Part shown: positions 59,363 to 64,000 of the stretch, piece by piece
Numbering within the stretch: the first letter of the stretch is position 1
How the letters are laid out: each line of letters starts with the position of its first letter
NCBI RefSeq assembly: GCF_009914755.1
Contig: NC_060934.1
DNA length: 64,000 nt
From: the human T2T-CHM13v2.0 reference genome, Homo sapiens
Strand: one strand, 5' to 3'
The notes under the pieces: generated by a model
Databases searched by the model: none
Seen by the model: only the letters and a program-made list of their open reading frames with translations
What the model was told of the DNA's origin: nothing
Translations under genes and position numbers: made by a program

Positions 59363-59898
59363 GGACCAGGTGTGGTAGCTCATGCATGTAATCCCAGCAC
59401 TTTGGGAGGCCAAGGCTGGAGGATCATTTGAACCCAGGAGTCTGAGACCAGCCTGGGCAACAGGGAGGCCCTATCTCTACAAAAAATAAAGAGTTAACCA
59501 AGTGTGATGTTCGTGCCTGCGGTCCCAGCTCCTTGGGAGGCTGAGGCAGGAGGATCACTTGAGCCTAGGAGGTCAAGGCTGCAGTGAGCTGTGATCACGC
59601 CACTGTACTCCAGCCTGTGACAGAGTGAGAACCTGTCTCTAAAAAAAGAAAAAAATAAATAAATTAGTAATAATGCCAGCATGGTGTGATAGTTTAGAGA
59701 CCACAGAAGCTTGTGAATTAGAAGGGATCTTTGAATTTTTAGCCTTGTAAATATACTCTTTGTTTTTCATTTATTTTCTTTTAAAGAGGAGGTTTTGCCA
59801 TGTTGCCCAGAATGGTTTTGAACTCCTGAGCTTAGGCAATCCACGTGCCTCAGCCTCCCAAAGTGCTGGGATTACAGGTGTGAGCCATCATGCCCAGC
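59363..59898. mobile_element. AluJ (+, 59363-59660) and antisense Alu monomer (59760-59898)
   Basis: Alu motifs in opposite orientations. Confidence 0.85.
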
Positions 59899-60347
59899 AG
59901 TAGTGTTCCTCTCTTGGACCTAATAATTTTAAATTTAAAACATGTTTCTTCTTTTCCACTGACTGCAGGAAGTAACAAGTGGCAAAATAACGGTATCAAC
60001 GAGTCACAGCCTTATTAACATTGGAGTTTGTTATTGTATCCCTGATTTCGGTGTTATCACCTTTTTTTTAGGAATTCATTATTTGCAAGCCACAACTTAA
60101 ATACAACTTTCTGAATAAGTTAGCGTTGCGGATTAATAGACTGGTTAGAGCTGATACATTTTTTAGATCTCGCTATGTTGCCCAGGCTTGTCTCCCACTC
60201 CTGGGCTCAAACGATCCTCCCACCTCAGCCTCTCAATTCTAGGCATGAGCCACCACACCCGGCCAGAGCTGATAATTAAAAAAATAAACCTTTTTCTAAT
60301 ATTTTACTAAAACAGGCAGAATTATTTCAAAACCATTTCTAGAATAA

Positions 60348-60596
<249 letters not shown>

Positions 60597-60679
60597 TAGA
60601 ATGTTTGTAATTTTCTATTTTATATATTTTTTCACCCGTGAGTGTATTAAAACTTTAAAATTGAAACATTTGGAAAGTG

Positions 60680-62420
<1,741 letters not shown>

Positions 62421-62763
62421 TGAACATATTATTTTTAATATAATAATGTCAGCAGTTTGTTATTCCCTACATACAGACTCATTATCACCAGCTGCCCAGA
62501 GTGGCTGACCCCTGTGAAATGCAGCCAGTTGACTGGTACTTATAGCTTTAGTTTTATTTCTACAGGAATAGAGCCTCAACCTGCATTCTCAGCTCTTCAG
62601 AGCATTTCCTTGCTTGGGTAACTCATGTCATTGGGTTCTTCCACTCTGCTGCAGTCATGTATTTTTGCTCATTCTAGACATAGACATTTGTTTTCTCTTG
62701 ATGGATACTCTTGCTCATTCATTCAATAACTTCTTTTTTGAGCACTTATAATATGTCAGAGAC

Positions 62764-63136
<373 letters not shown>

Positions 63137-63539
63137 TCAAAGCTAGTAAGTGATAGAAGTGAGACTAAATCGAATTTAAGTCATACTCCAAAACACCCAT
63201 GATCCACTGCCAACACTGTGAGATGCTGAACCACTCACATTGATAGGATATCCCTTAAAATGATCTCTTTATTACATACTTTTAAGTAACTATAGTTTTG
63301 ATAGAATATTTAGATTTTTAATTTTACTTTTAAAATAATGGATAATAATTTATATCTCAGAACCAGCAAATTTGAAAAGAAAAAACTAATTTTAAACATA
63401 GAAAGTGAAAAATTAGTATTAAATTCCAATACCAATGGAACAGTTCACTCAATTAGCTGACAGCATTAAATATTAAAACACTATTAAGTGTTTTGTTATT
63501 TATAATTTTTTAAAAATTACTTAATTTTTAAAATGTTGT

Positions 63540-64000
63540 GTTGTTTTGTTTTTTGAGGCAGGGTCACACTCCTGTCACCCAGGCTGGAGTGCAGTCGCAT
63601 GATCGTGGTTCACTGCAACCTCTATTTCCTGGGCTCAGGTGATCCTCGTGCCTCAGCCTCCCAAGTAGCTGGAACTACAAGTGCATGCCATCATGCCCAG
63701 CTGATTTTTTGTATTTTTAGTAGCGATGAGGTTTTGCCATGTTGCCCAGGCTGTCAGCAGGAGTCCTCAGTTCCTCACCATGTGGTCTCCTCCAGAGGGA
63801 TGCTTGGGTGCCCTCATGTCATGGCAGCTGGCTTCCCCCAAAGCAAGTGATCCAACAGAGAGCAAGGAGTGACAGCGTCTTTTGTGACCTAGTCTCAGAA
63901 GCCGTACACCATCACTTCTGCGGCATCCTGGAGGTTACACAGGTTGGGTTTATTCATTGTGGGAGGGAAACATACAAGGTGATGAATACCAAGAGGCAAG
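63540..64000 (-). mobile_element. Partial Alu (63540-63752) joined to a MaLR (MLT1-like) fragment
   Basis: Alu right arm followed by CTCAGTTCCTCACCATGTGG...GCAGCTGGCTTCCCCCAAAGCAAGTGATCCAA MLT1-type sequence. Confidence 0.7.

Overview
Human (or very closely related great-ape) genomic DNA from the OPTN (optineurin) locus, which I recall lies on 10p13. The right half holds OPTN on the + strand: a CpG-island promoter and exon 1 (ends 32633), two non-coding 5'UTR exons, and ten coding exons with GT-AG boundaries whose lengths chain in frame from ATG 41460 to c.1401 (codon 467). The gene continues past the window end. The left half is repeat-dense. It holds a MER4-group/MER61 ERV and a nest of MER41C > HERV-I/LTR10 provirus > (L1PA, LTR13), with every target-site duplication (TSD) readable. 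It also holds MaLR/MLT LTRs, MER1B, many Alus and probable minus-strand 5'UTR exons of the divergent CCDC3 long transcript. I see no new multi-gene system. The most notable unexplained structures are: a 77-nt near-identical copy of OPTN exon 8 inside intron 8; a 31-nt exact direct repeat flanking exon 10; an SNRPG retrocopy whose 5' 190 nt is not canonical SNRPG exon 1; an APOBEC3G-like GG>AG footprint in the HERV-I env; an Alu collapsed into a hairpin; and a 1.3-kb palindromic AT-rich array. Repeat subfamily names and variant identities come from memory and were not checked against databases.
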